Positions 1-9,452 of a stretch of DNA of 49,203 nt are shown one piece after another. The notes below the pieces were generated by a model. The model was not told the DNA's origin and did no database searches. It saw only the letters and a list, made by a program, of their open reading frames with translations. Position numbers and translations under genes: made by a program. The stretch's first letter is position 1; each line of letters begins with the position of its first letter. Location: IMG/VR virus record IMGVR_UViG_3300025875_000043. The stretch is one strand, 5' to 3'. This stretch comes from a virus.

Positions 1-127
1 ATAGTCAAAGGCGTCAAGTCTGTTGTTAAAGCCGTTGGTAGCGTTGTTAAAGGCGTTGTTGGCGTTGTTAGCAAAGTTGTTGGTGCGGTTTTTGGTTTTG
101 CTGTTGGTAGCAAAACAAAGGCAAAGG
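1..127. repeat. Terminal direct overlap, copy 1 (identical to 49077..49203). The contig closes into a circle of about 49,076 bp.
   Basis: Read by eye: atagtcaaaggcgtcaagtctg...caaaacaaaggcaaagg occurs at both ends. The repeat lies inside an ORF that reads through the junction. Confidence 0.9.
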
Positions 128-2739
128 CGACGACGACCAATACGCTTAACAAATCGTTGGAGCCTGAAGCTTACCGAAAGATTATCTTTGGTCGCACAGC
201 TTCGCCGCTTGACTTGCGGTTTTGGGAAGTTTGGGGCAAAGATGGTTCGCGATATGACGAAGTATTGGCTTCGGCAGCACATCGCATCAACGCTTATCTT
301 GAACTGTATATGGAGAACGACCTAGCCATAAATGCGGCTAGTGTTGTTCAGCCTAAGTTTGCCGGTGTGCTTAGTCGCGACACCCGGCTTGGCGCGTCCG
401 GTCAAACTGCAATGGCAGTTGGCAGTAACAACCAATGGACTAACACGGCAACGTTCGATGGTGTGCCGCATATGAAGTTGGCTTGGGTTCCTGACGAAAA
501 GAAACTACCCAACGGCATTCCGTCACGATACACCCAAGTTGTTGAAGGCGCGCTTGTGTATGACCCCCGGCGGGATAGCACCGTATCGGGCGGCACAGGG
601 ACACACAGGGCCGATGATCGGTCAACGTGGTCTTACTCCACCTTGGACGGCAACGGTGTGCCTATCGGCCGTAACAACGCGCTTCAGGCGCTTTGGTATC
701 TGTTGGGTTGGACGGTGCCCACAAAGGATACCGCCGGCAAGGCGACGGGCGAAATGCTTGTTGCCGGTCGCGGTGTTGATCCGCAAGACATTAACCTTGC
801 CAGCTTTATTGCTGGCGCAAATGCTTGTGAAATTGCCGGCTATTACACTGATATGGTGCTTAGCACTGAAGACACGCACACGTCGAACGAAGATAAAATA
901 ACGTGTGACGGCTTGATTGGCCGCTTGATTGATCCAGGCGGCTTGTGGAGTTATTACGCCAACGTTGATGATACGGCTAACATTGCCGTTGACCTGACTG
1001 ACGCCGATATTATCCAAGGCGTTTCCGTGAACTGGAACGAATATGAAAGTATGTCGTCACAGTTCAATCAAGTTAGCGGAAAGTTTATAAACCCGTCACC
1101 AACGACATTATTTCAAGCGTTCCCTTATCCAATGGTGCGCGACGCTACCTATGAAGCCAACCTTGGCATCAAACGCCGCAAACCCCAAGACTTTGAACAG
1201 GTGCTTGACGGCGTGTTGGCGCAACGCTTGGCAAGGCTGTTGCTTAATCAAGGCCAATATCAAGGCGAATTTCAGGCCGGCTTTAATTACCGCGCGATGA
1301 AGGCGCAAGCTTGGTCAGTTGTCCGCTACACGTCCGAACGGTTCGGTTTCACCAAACTGTTTCGGGTGTATCGTCACGACATTTCGACCGATGCCGGCAT
1401 TGGTATGTTGTTGAAGGAAATTCACCCTTCCATTTGGGGCGCTGGCACGGTCACGCCGCCGCTGGCACCTGGCCTTGGCACGAACTATCAAGCCAACCAA
1501 GAAATTTCATTGACCGGGCTAGTTGTTGTCCGCTCCACCATTGAAGGAAGCGGTGAAAACGCCACGGTCTATGACGCGGCAATTGTATCTTGGGATGAAC
1601 CGCCGGTAACAGTGCGAAGAACCCAAGTGCGTTACCGGATTGTGGGAAGCGACGCTTGGGAAACAAGCCCGTCCATCTTGCGTGGATCATCGGCAACTGT
1701 GCTGATTGGCCCATTGGTCAAAGCTTCAACTTATGAAGTTCAGGCTAGGCATGTGTCTATTAACGAAGTTGAAGGGCCGTGGATAAATTACGTCGGCAAC
1801 TTCGATGCGGGCCAAGCTGGCAACGTTGATTACGCTGGCATTGTTGACGCCGGAACCAAAGCCGAATGGCCTAACGTCAGCGACCCGGCGGGAACGCGAC
1901 CTAGCGACAACGCCGACGTTACCAAAGACGTTCTTGACGAAGCCATGAAGGTTATAACTGGCAAGACGGCCAGCGAAGTTGTGTATGACTTCCAAATTCA
2001 GCTTGGCACGCTTGCATTAGAAATGTTGCGCAACGCCACTTATAGAGGCGAAAGCGACCAAATCATAAGGACCGGCGACGGCACCACTATCAGGCGGGTT
2101 ACTGAAATTCTTTCGGTCAAAACCGAAGGCTTGGCTTCAGGGCTTGATAACGCCGCGACGTTTATTGCTTCGCTTAAAGAAGTTGACAGCGACGGCAACG
2201 CGAAGGCGCTGCAAACGATTAACGGCAATGGTGTTGTTACCGGATCGGTCAACATTCTTACTGGCGAGCGTAGTTCTTACTACATCATGGCAAATGAATT
2301 TGGGTTTGTTGATCCAGGTTCGCCAGGTGACGTACCTAAAAAGCCATTTTATTATTCTAACGGCCGTCTTTATGCTGACGATTTGTTTGTGCAAAAGTTG
2401 GCTTTTGGCGCAATGGATGACGAATTTGAAGCCTTACAAAGTCTGTCACCTGGCAACTTTACCCAAAAATTGCCAGGTGGTTTAATAATGAAAGGTGGCC
2501 AATTTAGAGGCTACATCAACGACGAAGTTTCGTTGACCGTCATATTTGACCCGCCGTTTCCTAATGGCGTTTTAACGTTTGTTCCGGTGCCTTTCATCTA
2601 TGTTGCTAGCAACTTGCGCGACTTGTGGTTGCAAGTTCAAGGCGAACCTAGCGTTAACGGTGCTACTGTTTACGCACAGGCGGCGACTAGCAACCAACAG
2701 AAACTAGACGGCTTCAATTGGTTTGCGATAGGAAATTGA
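1..2739 (+). CDS. Central tail fibre / host-specificity (lambda J-like, GTA g15-like) protein. It is 5'-truncated in this linear view; the true start is ATG 49068, giving 915 aa across the junction.
   Basis: Frame +1 is open from base 1, and the ORF-track start at 157 is only an in-frame TTG. The frame is continuous with MGFIVKGVKSVVKAVG... starting at 49068. The gene follows the tape measure/Dit/hub/peptidase genes. It contains an FN3-like segment (VSWDEPPVTVRRTQVRYRIVGSDAWET...STYEVQARHVS). Confidence 0.8.
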   Translation: MVKGVKSVVKAVGSVVKGVVGVVSKVVGAVFGFAVGSKTKAKATTTNTLNKSLEPEAYRKIIFGRTASPLDLRFWEVWGKDGSRYDEVLASAAHRINAYLELYMENDLAINAASVVQPKFAGVLSRDTRLGASGQTAMAVGSNNQWTNTATFDGVPHMKLAWVPDEKKLPNGIPSRYTQVVEGALVYDPRRDSTVSGGTGTHRADDRSTWSYSTLDGNGVPIGRNNALQALWYLLGWTVPTKDTAGKATGEMLVAGRGVDPQDINLASFIAGANACEIAGYYTDMVLSTEDTHTSNEDKITCDGLIGRLIDPGGLWSYYANVDDTANIAVDLTDADIIQGVSVNWNEYESMSSQFNQVSGKFINPSPTTLFQAFPYPMVRDATYEANLGIKRRKPQDFEQVLDGVLAQRLARLLLNQGQYQGEFQAGFNYRAMKAQAWSVVRYTSERFGFTKLFRVYRHDISTDAGIGMLLKEIHPSIWGAGTVTPPLAPGLGTNYQANQEISLTGLVVVRSTIEGSGENATVYDAAIVSWDEPPVTVRRTQVRYRIVGSDAWETSPSILRGSSATVLIGPLVKASTYEVQARHVSINEVEGPWINYVGNFDAGQAGNVDYAGIVDAGTKAEWPNVSDPAGTRPSDNADVTKDVLDEAMKVITGKTASEVVYDFQIQLGTLALEMLRNATYRGESDQIIRTGDGTTIRRVTEILSVKTEGLASGLDNAATFIASLKEVDSDGNAKALQTINGNGVVTGSVNILTGERSSYYIMANEFGFVDPGSPGDVPKKPFYYSNGRLYADDLFVQKLAFGAMDDEFEALQSLSPGNFTQKLPGGLIMKGGQFRGYINDEVSLTVIFDPPFPNGVLTFVPVPFIYVASNLRDLWLQVQGEPSVNGATVYAQAATSNQQKLDGFNWFAIGN

Positions 2740-2740
2740 A

Positions 2741-3172
2741 ATGGCTAGCCAACCGCCAGTAGATCAAGCCGGCTTTGCTGAACTTATCCAAAGGTTCGGT
2801 GCATATTTGGACGCGCAAAACGCCGCCCGCAATGTCGTGCCCGTCGCTGAACGCAACGGGCCAGGGCCATGGAATTTTACCGACGATAACGAAGGCGGGA
2901 AACGCTTGCGAGTTGGCAACGGCAACAATGCGGCAACCATTATCGTCAACCTATCAAAAAGCGCCGACGTTGGTACAGTCTTTATGCCAAGGCAAGTTGG
3001 CTTGGGAGCGGTTAAATTCGTGCCTGAAAACGGCGCTTCACTTGTGCCGTTTCAACCCGGCCACAATGGTACAGGCGGCGTAAACGCCGTTGTGTTGCTG
3101 ACGTGTGAAAGCAACCCTGACGGCAATAGTGCTGTTTGGCATCTTGACGGCGTAACGGGGGCTGTAGCGTGA
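2741..3172 (+). CDS. Hypothetical tail-associated protein (143 aa)
   Basis: ATG lies 2 nt after the J-like stop, and the 3' end overlaps the next gene's GTG (GTGA). No motif recognised. Confidence 0.55.
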   Translation: MASQPPVDQAGFAELIQRFGAYLDAQNAARNVVPVAERNGPGPWNFTDDNEGGKRLRVGNGNNAATIIVNLSKSADVGTVFMPRQVGLGAVKFVPENGASLVPFQPGHNGTGGVNAVVLLTCESNPDGNSAVWHLDGVTGAVA

Positions 3173-5445
3173 CTAGCTATTTTGGCGCTTACAATGTGGG
3201 CATGATCCCGCTTTTGCTTTCGGCTCTTTGGATTGCGCCTATAGCGTCAGGTAAAGCCGATGGTTCAAGCGTGAATGATGCCGCCCCTTTGTCGGCGTTG
3301 AACAACCTGATAACTAAAGCCGCTGACACTAAACAAGAAGTTTGGATTAGGGGTGATCTTGGCGTTTATAACCAAACATCATCTATAAGCATTAACAAAG
3401 GCGGTGTTGTCGTTAGAGGCGTTGATGGTTATGGCCGCGATTGCTTTGCCGAATTTGTTGGCAGTCGCGCCGATCCTTGGAAAGCCGGGGCCGCTAATGG
3501 CAACGAAATGTTTCGACTTAATAACGGTGCCAATAACCTTACACTAAGGTTTCTAAGGTTTCGCAATGTCGGAGCGGGTTGCATCCGTATGCGCGAACCT
3601 TTGATGAACGTGACTGTTGAAGATATTGAAGCTTTCAATGTTTCGCGCGGCGTTGTCAACTATGGCAACGGAACCGCTGACGCAACGGTAATCGGTGCTG
3701 TTGTCAGGCGCGTTAAAATTGTCAATTTTTCTAAGCATGGAATTGCTTTCAGGCACAATTCTAGTGGCATTCTAGTTGAAGATTGTGACTTAGACAGCCA
3801 AGACGTTGACGGCGACCGCATTACGGTTGGCTTTCAACTTGACGACAACGCTTCTAACGGCATTGCTAGACGTGTATCAGTAAAGAACGTTTATAACGCC
3901 GGCCCTGGCAGTTATTATAACGGCGACGGTCTTTCTGGCGAATGGGGCAACAAAAATTGGACCTTTGAAGATTGCAGCGCCGAAAACATTTCTGACGGCG
4001 GTGTTGACTTCAAAGGCGATGGTTTCAAGCTTATACGCTTCAAGGCTAAAAGCTGTAAACGTTCAGTTCGGCTTTGGGGTGATGCGCTAGTTGTCGATTT
4101 GTATAGCGAAGGCCCGAAAACTAGAGGCGACCGCAACAGCACTTGTCATGTATTCGCAATGCAAGGCGGCAGGGCGCGGGTTCGTATTCAAGGCGGCACT
4201 TATATTCAAAGTTCAACCAACCCTATCTTCAGGGTTGATGACAATTCGGTAATCGCATGGGACGCCGCCGCTGTTGCCGGCATTAAAGCCGCCGCCGGCT
4301 ATACCTTGTGTCAATCCGAATCTTCCGACTTGACCGATAGCCTTTCTAGCGAATGGAACCATAACGACACAACATTGCCCACAATTACCAGCCCGCTTGC
4401 ATTGTCGCTTGACGAAAACAAGCCTGGCACGTTCAGAATAACTTTATCTGAAATCGGCAACATTCAAATGCAAGGTTTGGATGCCAGCCAATGCCGGGTC
4501 ATCGGTCGAAACCTTACCGTGTTTTCCCAAGACTATGAAAAACCGGGCGGCGTTTCAAAGGACGGAAGCAACGTTCTAAAAATTCAATTGCGAGTGATTG
4601 ACCTTAACGACAATCTTTCGCCTTGGTATAACGCAACAATAACAATCAATGACGTTGCCGACGACCCCATTACCCCGGCACAGGCCATAGCGGCTAGTGG
4701 AGCAACAAATGGGTGGTGGTTCGACCTGACCGACCCCAACAGCATGTGGGCAGATGCGGCACGAACCATACCGGCGATTGAAAACGGCTTGGTCAAATCG
4801 CTTGCTGACTTGACCGGCTTTGGCAATCACTGTGTATTTCCTGACGGCTTTGAACCTTTGCTTAGGTATGTCAACGGTTATGCCGGCTTGGAATTTAGCG
4901 GGGCTGTAGTCGGCAACCTTGGGGCTAAAGGTGCGTTGCGCTATCCGCAATTTACAACCGTCGTCGCCATCAACAGGGATAGAGCGGCTGACGCTGGCAA
5001 CTTCGCCATTGTGTTTGCTGGCCGGCGTTCGTTGACTGTTGGCACTGGCGATAACGCAATGTATCGGCTGAACTTTTTGGATACGGGGACCGCTACTTTC
5101 AAGGTCAATCCGAACGGGGGTAACACGTCATCAACGACGCCGGCCACGGCTCCTAGAGGCGTGCCGCTTGTTGTTTCTCACAGGTCAGTTGATGGCATCT
5201 TGCGAAGCGGTTATGACGTTAATGGCATGGTGCAACGTTTCGACGGCAGCAACACCGCAACCGCAACATATCCGTTGGCGAATGAACAACCGTTGCTTGG
5301 CGCTATGCTGAACGATGCTAACGAATACGTGAACTTTTTTGAAGGCACGTTTTATGCGACCATGCAATTGAATGCCACGTTAAGCGACGACGTGCGTTTT
5401 CGCATTGAGCGTCAGCTAGGCAAAGCCGCCGGCCTGGCGCTATAA
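3169..5445 (+). CDS. Right-handed beta-helix protein (tail fibre/tailspike or polysaccharide depolymerase) with a C-terminal LamG/ConA-like domain
   Basis: Repeated beta-helix coil signatures (NNGANNLTLRFLRFRNVGAGCIRM, VRRVKIVNFSKHGIAF, VEDCDLDS, FEDCSAENISDGGVDF). Last gene of the late operon. The N-terminus is hydrophobic and signal-peptide-like (MIPLLLSALWIAPIASGKADG). Confidence 0.6.
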   Translation: MTSYFGAYNVGMIPLLLSALWIAPIASGKADGSSVNDAAPLSALNNLITKAADTKQEVWIRGDLGVYNQTSSISINKGGVVVRGVDGYGRDCFAEFVGSRADPWKAGAANGNEMFRLNNGANNLTLRFLRFRNVGAGCIRMREPLMNVTVEDIEAFNVSRGVVNYGNGTADATVIGAVVRRVKIVNFSKHGIAFRHNSSGILVEDCDLDSQDVDGDRITVGFQLDDNASNGIARRVSVKNVYNAGPGSYYNGDGLSGEWGNKNWTFEDCSAENISDGGVDFKGDGFKLIRFKAKSCKRSVRLWGDALVVDLYSEGPKTRGDRNSTCHVFAMQGGRARVRIQGGTYIQSSTNPIFRVDDNSVIAWDAAAVAGIKAAAGYTLCQSESSDLTDSLSSEWNHNDTTLPTITSPLALSLDENKPGTFRITLSEIGNIQMQGLDASQCRVIGRNLTVFSQDYEKPGGVSKDGSNVLKIQLRVIDLNDNLSPWYNATITINDVADDPITPAQAIAASGATNGWWFDLTDPNSMWADAARTIPAIENGLVKSLADLTGFGNHCVFPDGFEPLLRYVNGYAGLEFSGAVVGNLGAKGALRYPQFTTVVAINRDRAADAGNFAIVFAGRRSLTVGTGDNAMYRLNFLDTGTATFKVNPNGGNTSSTTPATAPRGVPLVVSHRSVDGILRSGYDVNGMVQRFDGSNTATATYPLANEQPLLGAMLNDANEYVNFFEGTFYATMQLNATLSDDVRFRIERQLGKAAGLAL

Positions 5446-5586
5446 GGGGCGCGGTCAGGTGCAAACCCTCATTGACGGCCAGTTGAGGCGCTGGCGGGGC
5501 ATCCTGGCCAAGATATGACCCCTTGCCGTTACAGCCTCGACCCGCCGCACGCGGGGCACTTGAAAAGAAGGCACGCCTTCATAAGA

Positions 5587-5620
5587 AAACCCCCGCCGGG
5601 ATGACCTGGCGGGGGTTTTT
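5587..5620. terminator. Bidirectional intrinsic terminator between convergent operons
   Basis: aaaacccccgcc-gggatgacct-ggcgggggtttt: a perfect GC-rich stem with an A-tract on one side and a T-tract on the other. Confidence 0.8.
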
Positions 5621-5707
5621 AGGTTCAGGGAGGATACGCCGCCGGCAAAGGGGGGAACCGACGCCGCAACCCCTACATAACCGCCACGGCGGCGGTGTCA
5701 AGCGCGG

Positions 5708-5977
5708 TCAGGAAGCGGGCACTTCAACCTGAATGCCGTTGGCGCGCAAAGCAATGTTGTAAAGGCCAAGGCCAATGTGCGTGTTGACTTCAAGAACGCC
5801 AAAGCTGCAAAACTGCCCAACCGGGTCTTCAGCTTCAAAAAGCGGCTTGCAAATGTCAATGCAAAATTCAGCTTCTTGCACAGTGACGAACGGGCCGGCC
5901 AGTAAAGCCGTTCGACCGTTGAACCTGGCGTTGGTATAATACAGCTTGTCAGGGATAATGCCCACAGTCTTTTTCAT
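5708..5977 (-). CDS. Hypothetical protein (89 aa), last gene of the leftward replication operon
   Basis: ORF lies 10 nt downstream of the polymerase stop. No motif recognised. Confidence 0.5.
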   Translation of the reverse strand: MKKTVGIIPDKLYYTNARFNGRTALLAGPFVTVQEAEFCIDICKPLFEAEDPVGQFCSFGVLEVNTHIGLGLYNIALRANGIQVEVPAS

Positions 5978-5987
5978 CGGTTCACTC

Positions 5988-8060
5988 TCAAATTAGGCGG
6001 TTGGCTTCAGGGCGCTTATAAACGCCAATGTCATAAAGAATGTCGATAGCTTCGCTGACATAGCGGTCAAAGTCAAGGTCATGCGGGATGGCAGGGGGAA
6101 GCGTCATAAGCGGGCGGGCACCTTCGGTCTTTGCCACCTTGTTGCCTGATGCCGCATAGTTGATTGTTCCGGTTTCGCCTTGCGCGTAATACCAACGCAC
6201 AGCCTTGCCGAGATAAACGCCGTCCTTTTCAGCGCCGCCCTTGACGTGTTTGACCGCCACAAACTTCTTCAGATCGCAGCAAGCCATGATGGTTTCGTGA
6301 ACCGGCGTGCCAACCGCTAGGTATTCTTGCACGGCTTCGGAACACACATAAGCTTCAGGGTTTTTGCTAAGCACGCTATTTTGTGCCGAACCACGTTCGC
6401 AATAGACCCCCTTGGTTTTGACTTCCGGCCGATTGCTACCTTCCTTCAGTTCCTTAATAGCAATATAGTTGTTCACGTCGCGGCTATACAGTGCCGAATA
6501 GCGGGTTTCTTCGGTGACAAAGCCGGTGCGCCCTTCCCAAATCGTCATAACGTTTTCAAGGTCAGCCGCCTTGTTCTTGGGGCACTTATACACCGCGCCG
6601 TCAGTGTTGGCGCTAATGCACGGTATGCCGGCCAACTCCACCATTTCGATTTGCATAAGAAGCGCAAGCTGGCCGGTAATCGTCACCTGTGCCAGCAAGT
6701 CAGGCGAATAAATATCGGAATAGAAGTTGCCAAGCTTTCCGAACGTGCCGTTAATCGCAATCTTCAATCCGGCTTCAAGCGGGTTCTTGGCCTTCTTCAG
6801 CGCTAGGCGACGCATGACAAGATTGCGGTAAACTTCAAGGAACGCCGGCCCCAAGTGTTCGGGGAACAGTTCATTGTTCAACACGATATAAGGGTAATAG
6901 CTGGCAACGTCGCGGTCTATGATAAGCGTATTGTCATCGGCGCGGTGGAACACGCTTTCTTCGTTGCTGTGTAAGCCGCCCATTGCAACGGTGTAGGTTT
7001 GACCGTTCAGGTTGACCAAGATGACGTGCGACCTGACGCCATCCTTTTCCTTGGTGCGGACCTTCAGCAACGGAAAGTCTTTTGCAAGGTCAGCCATATT
7101 GTGGGGAAACTTAGGCTTACCGCCTTTGCTAATTTCAATTGGAATTATCGCGACAAACTCTAGCAATTGCTGAAGCTGTGGCGTCTTAAATGAAAGCCAA
7201 TCGAACACGCGATAATTGAAGGTTTCGCCAACTTCCCAACTTCGGCGTTTGCCAATGGGGCCAAGCTTTTCAAGTTCGCTGACAATGACCGCTTCGGCAA
7301 TCTGTGCGTCAGACTTTGACCGCAAATCTTGGTTGTATTCGCGGCCAAGGTCTTCGCGCATGGTGATGAAGGGTTGAAGATGATTGAACAAACCAATGGT
7401 CAAGTCATCATCATTGATATTATAGTCACGAACGTTAGCCGCCTGTTCAGGCGTTAGTTCAGTTGCAATGTCATAAGGCAAGTCTTGCATTCGTTCGCAA
7501 TGCAAGCGCCCGCCGTAAATCTTTAGGGACGCTGAAATTGGCGCTACTGGCAACAAGTCAATGTGATTGACGTGCAATGCCTTCACGCCATATTTGCGTT
7601 CGACCTGATAGGGTTGCATTTCTTCTTTAATAATTTCATCGCTGACTTCCTTTAGCCGGGGCGCACGAACACCCTGGCAAGCGACAAGCGTTATCGGCAA
7701 GTCATAGGTGCGGCTATTGAAGCCAATAATAAGCCAACGGTAAAGGATATAAGTTAGGTAATTCTGCCAAACGTCGAATGGCGCGGCCATGCCGTTGACA
7801 AAGTAACCTTCAGGTGTGTCTTCAAAATAAACGATTTTGCCAGTGTCAATGCACTTGAAAGACACAAGCCAATAATTAGAATAACTTTCAACGTCGAACA
7901 CGGCCCTTTTGGAGCCGTGCAAGACTTCATCAGGGCCAAAAAGTTCATAAGACTTAGCCGGCGGAATAGGCGTGCTAAGGAAGTCACGCGAACGCAAAGC
8001 CGGGTCAAGCTTCTTGTCCGCGCGCTTACGCCTATCCGGCCGGCTATCGTCAAAGAACAT
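5988..8060 (-). CDS. Family-B DNA polymerase with 3'-5' exonuclease domain
   Basis: Exo motifs VFDVESYSNY, GFNSRTYDLP and DYNINDDDL. Pol motif A DRDVASYYPYI (DxxSLYPS-like), motif B KIAINGTFGKLG (KxxxNSxYG-like) and motif C ISANTDGAVY (DTDS-like). Confidence 0.85.
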   Translation of the reverse strand: MFFDDSRPDRRKRADKKLDPALRSRDFLSTPIPPAKSYELFGPDEVLHGSKRAVFDVESYSNYWLVSFKCIDTGKIVYFEDTPEGYFVNGMAAPFDVWQNYLTYILYRWLIIGFNSRTYDLPITLVACQGVRAPRLKEVSDEIIKEEMQPYQVERKYGVKALHVNHIDLLPVAPISASLKIYGGRLHCERMQDLPYDIATELTPEQAANVRDYNINDDDLTIGLFNHLQPFITMREDLGREYNQDLRSKSDAQIAEAVIVSELEKLGPIGKRRSWEVGETFNYRVFDWLSFKTPQLQQLLEFVAIIPIEISKGGKPKFPHNMADLAKDFPLLKVRTKEKDGVRSHVILVNLNGQTYTVAMGGLHSNEESVFHRADDNTLIIDRDVASYYPYIVLNNELFPEHLGPAFLEVYRNLVMRRLALKKAKNPLEAGLKIAINGTFGKLGNFYSDIYSPDLLAQVTITGQLALLMQIEMVELAGIPCISANTDGAVYKCPKNKAADLENVMTIWEGRTGFVTEETRYSALYSRDVNNYIAIKELKEGSNRPEVKTKGVYCERGSAQNSVLSKNPEAYVCSEAVQEYLAVGTPVHETIMACCDLKKFVAVKHVKGGAEKDGVYLGKAVRWYYAQGETGTINYAASGNKVAKTEGARPLMTLPPAIPHDLDFDRYVSEAIDILYDIGVYKRPEANRLI

Positions 8061-8063
8061 AGT

Positions 8064-9452
8064 TTAGCCCTGACCCCAACCTTGGCTTTGGTCTTCATCT
8101 TCAGGTGGTGGCACGTCATCGTCAATGCCATCAGAACTGTGGATTTGCGCCCCGCCAATGGTGTCGCTTGTTTCATCAAAACCTTCACGATAAGTGACGG
8201 TTGTGGCCAAGCCGACGATTGCCCCGCGCACAGTGCCAGGCACCGGCCCGTTCGGGCCAATGGCTTCCCCGCCGAAGAAATAGGCGCGGTCACCATACGT
8301 CGTCAGGTCAATGGTCTTGGCATAAGGCGACACGTCCTTAATCAGCTTGCCCTTGAACCGCTTGCCGCCTTGAAGCCCTTGCACTTCATAGATAGCACCA
8401 GCGCCTTGGTCAGTGTGCGACATAACCATGTTGTCGCCAAATGTTATCCAATCGTCATCGGTGAACTTGCTGACCGCCTCCACCGCGTCGAACAAGCCGG
8501 TAAGCGTTTCGGCGGGATGGCTGTTGACATTCAGCACCGCGCCAACGTCGGGCCAACGATCCTGATAGCACTGTGTCTTGATCCAAGCGCCGCCTTCAAA
8601 GTGGAAGGTGACGCTGGCAACGGTGCCGTCGCCGCCCCAACTGAAGCCGAAGCCGACGAACGGCTTTGTGACCTTGGCCACAGCCGCCGTGAACGTCTTA
8701 GGCAGCACCATTGCCGGGGGAAGGTCAACGCCGTGGAAGTATTGCAGAACCGCCGCCCCATTCGTGCCGGTGCAAACATAAGCTTCAAGCAACAATGACG
8801 CATAATGCGCCTTATCTGCCGCTTCGCTCGCCAGCACGCCGCACACCTTGAACGCTTCCTTGATTTGTTCGGTGACGGGTGCAATGTTCAGGTCAGGCTT
8901 GGGCATGTGCAATTCTTCAGGATGCAAGCACGGCACCAAGGCACGCAACTTATCACCTTTGACCGAAAGCTGACCGTTGGGGGTTTCGCTGATAACCAAC
9001 GACTTGCCGCAACGCTTCAAAGCCGCTTCAAGCTTGTCAAGGCGGGGCGCAAGGGTCAGTTCTTCGGCAATGGGATGACCCGCCGACACCTGGCCGTTGA
9101 AAGTAATTGCTTCCTTCCCGATAAGACGAACCACGGCCTTCCAAGTTTCCGCGTCGTCATCAAACGTGCCCACACTGACGAAGGCCAGTGCGTCAAGAAG
9201 GTTCTGTGCCTGTGTCGGCTTTGCCGGCCGGCCGCGTCGTGTTCCTGCCATGTTAGCTTTCCTTTCGATTGTTGGCCAATAGACTTCTATTGTCCATTCT
9301 AGCAACCGCGACCGTCCTGGCCTTGGGTTTGTGCGGTCTAACTCGCCAAGGCGTTGCCGTTCTTTATCGTGCGCCACCCGTTCGGCTATCCTGTCCTTGG
9401 CGTTAGGGAAGCTTTCAAGATAAGCCCGGTATATGTCATGTTCGCGCCCCAT
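8064..9452 (-). CDS. Possible phage sliding clamp (DnaN-like fold) with an N-terminal extension and an AT-hook. An alternative internal start exists at 9251.
   Basis: The domain-like repeat pattern resembles beta-clamps (LLEAYVCTGTNGAAVLQY vs ATDGHRLA; QDRWPDVGAVLN vs fPDYxxVIP). It contains RRGRPAKP. A strong SD (GAAAGGAAAGCTAAC-ATG) precedes the internal Met at 9251, while ATG 9452 abuts the upstream stop (TAAATG). Confidence 0.45.
   Translation of the reverse strand: MGREHDIYRAYLESFPNAKDRIAERVAHDKERQRLGELDRTNPRPGRSRLLEWTIEVYWPTIERKANMAGTRRGRPAKPTQAQNLLDALAFVSVGTFDDDAETWKAVVRLIGKEAITFNGQVSAGHPIAEELTLAPRLDKLEAALKRCGKSLVISETPNGQLSVKGDKLRALVPCLHPEELHMPKPDLNIAPVTEQIKEAFKVCGVLASEAADKAHYASLLLEAYVCTGTNGAAVLQYFHGVDLPPAMVLPKTFTAAVAKVTKPFVGFGFSWGGDGTVASVTFHFEGGAWIKTQCYQDRWPDVGAVLNVNSHPAETLTGLFDAVEAVSKFTDDDWITFGDNMVMSHTDQGAGAIYEVQGLQGGKRFKGKLIKDVSPYAKTIDLTTYGDRAYFFGGEAIGPNGPVPGTVRGAIVGLATTVTYREGFDETSDTIGGAQIHSSDGIDDDVPPPEDEDQSQGWGQG

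Noticed and set aside
1-127. Genuine phage direct terminal repeat (DTR) or cos-type end
   Set aside because: The repeat falls in the middle of a continuous tail-tip ORF, and its length fits a k-mer-sized assembler overlap. Termini cannot be inferred from sequence alone.
23-325. 100-aa Leu/Lys-rich ORF at the window start
   Set aside because: It is an alternative frame of the low-complexity GTTGTT-rich 5' end of the J-like gene.
5446-5707. tRNA or other structured RNA gene in the convergent gap (and elsewhere)
   Set aside because: By eye I found no T-loop/acceptor pattern (GTTCRAnYC with a complementary 7-bp acceptor) anywhere in the window. A tRNAscan run would be needed for certainty.
7917-8798. 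293-aa plus-strand ORF overlapping the polymerase/clamp junction. Similar cases are 13753..14574(+), 15218..15940(+) and 16977..17702(-).
   Set aside because: They are antisense to motif-bearing genes, their composition is biased (R/A/G), and they have no ribosome-binding context.
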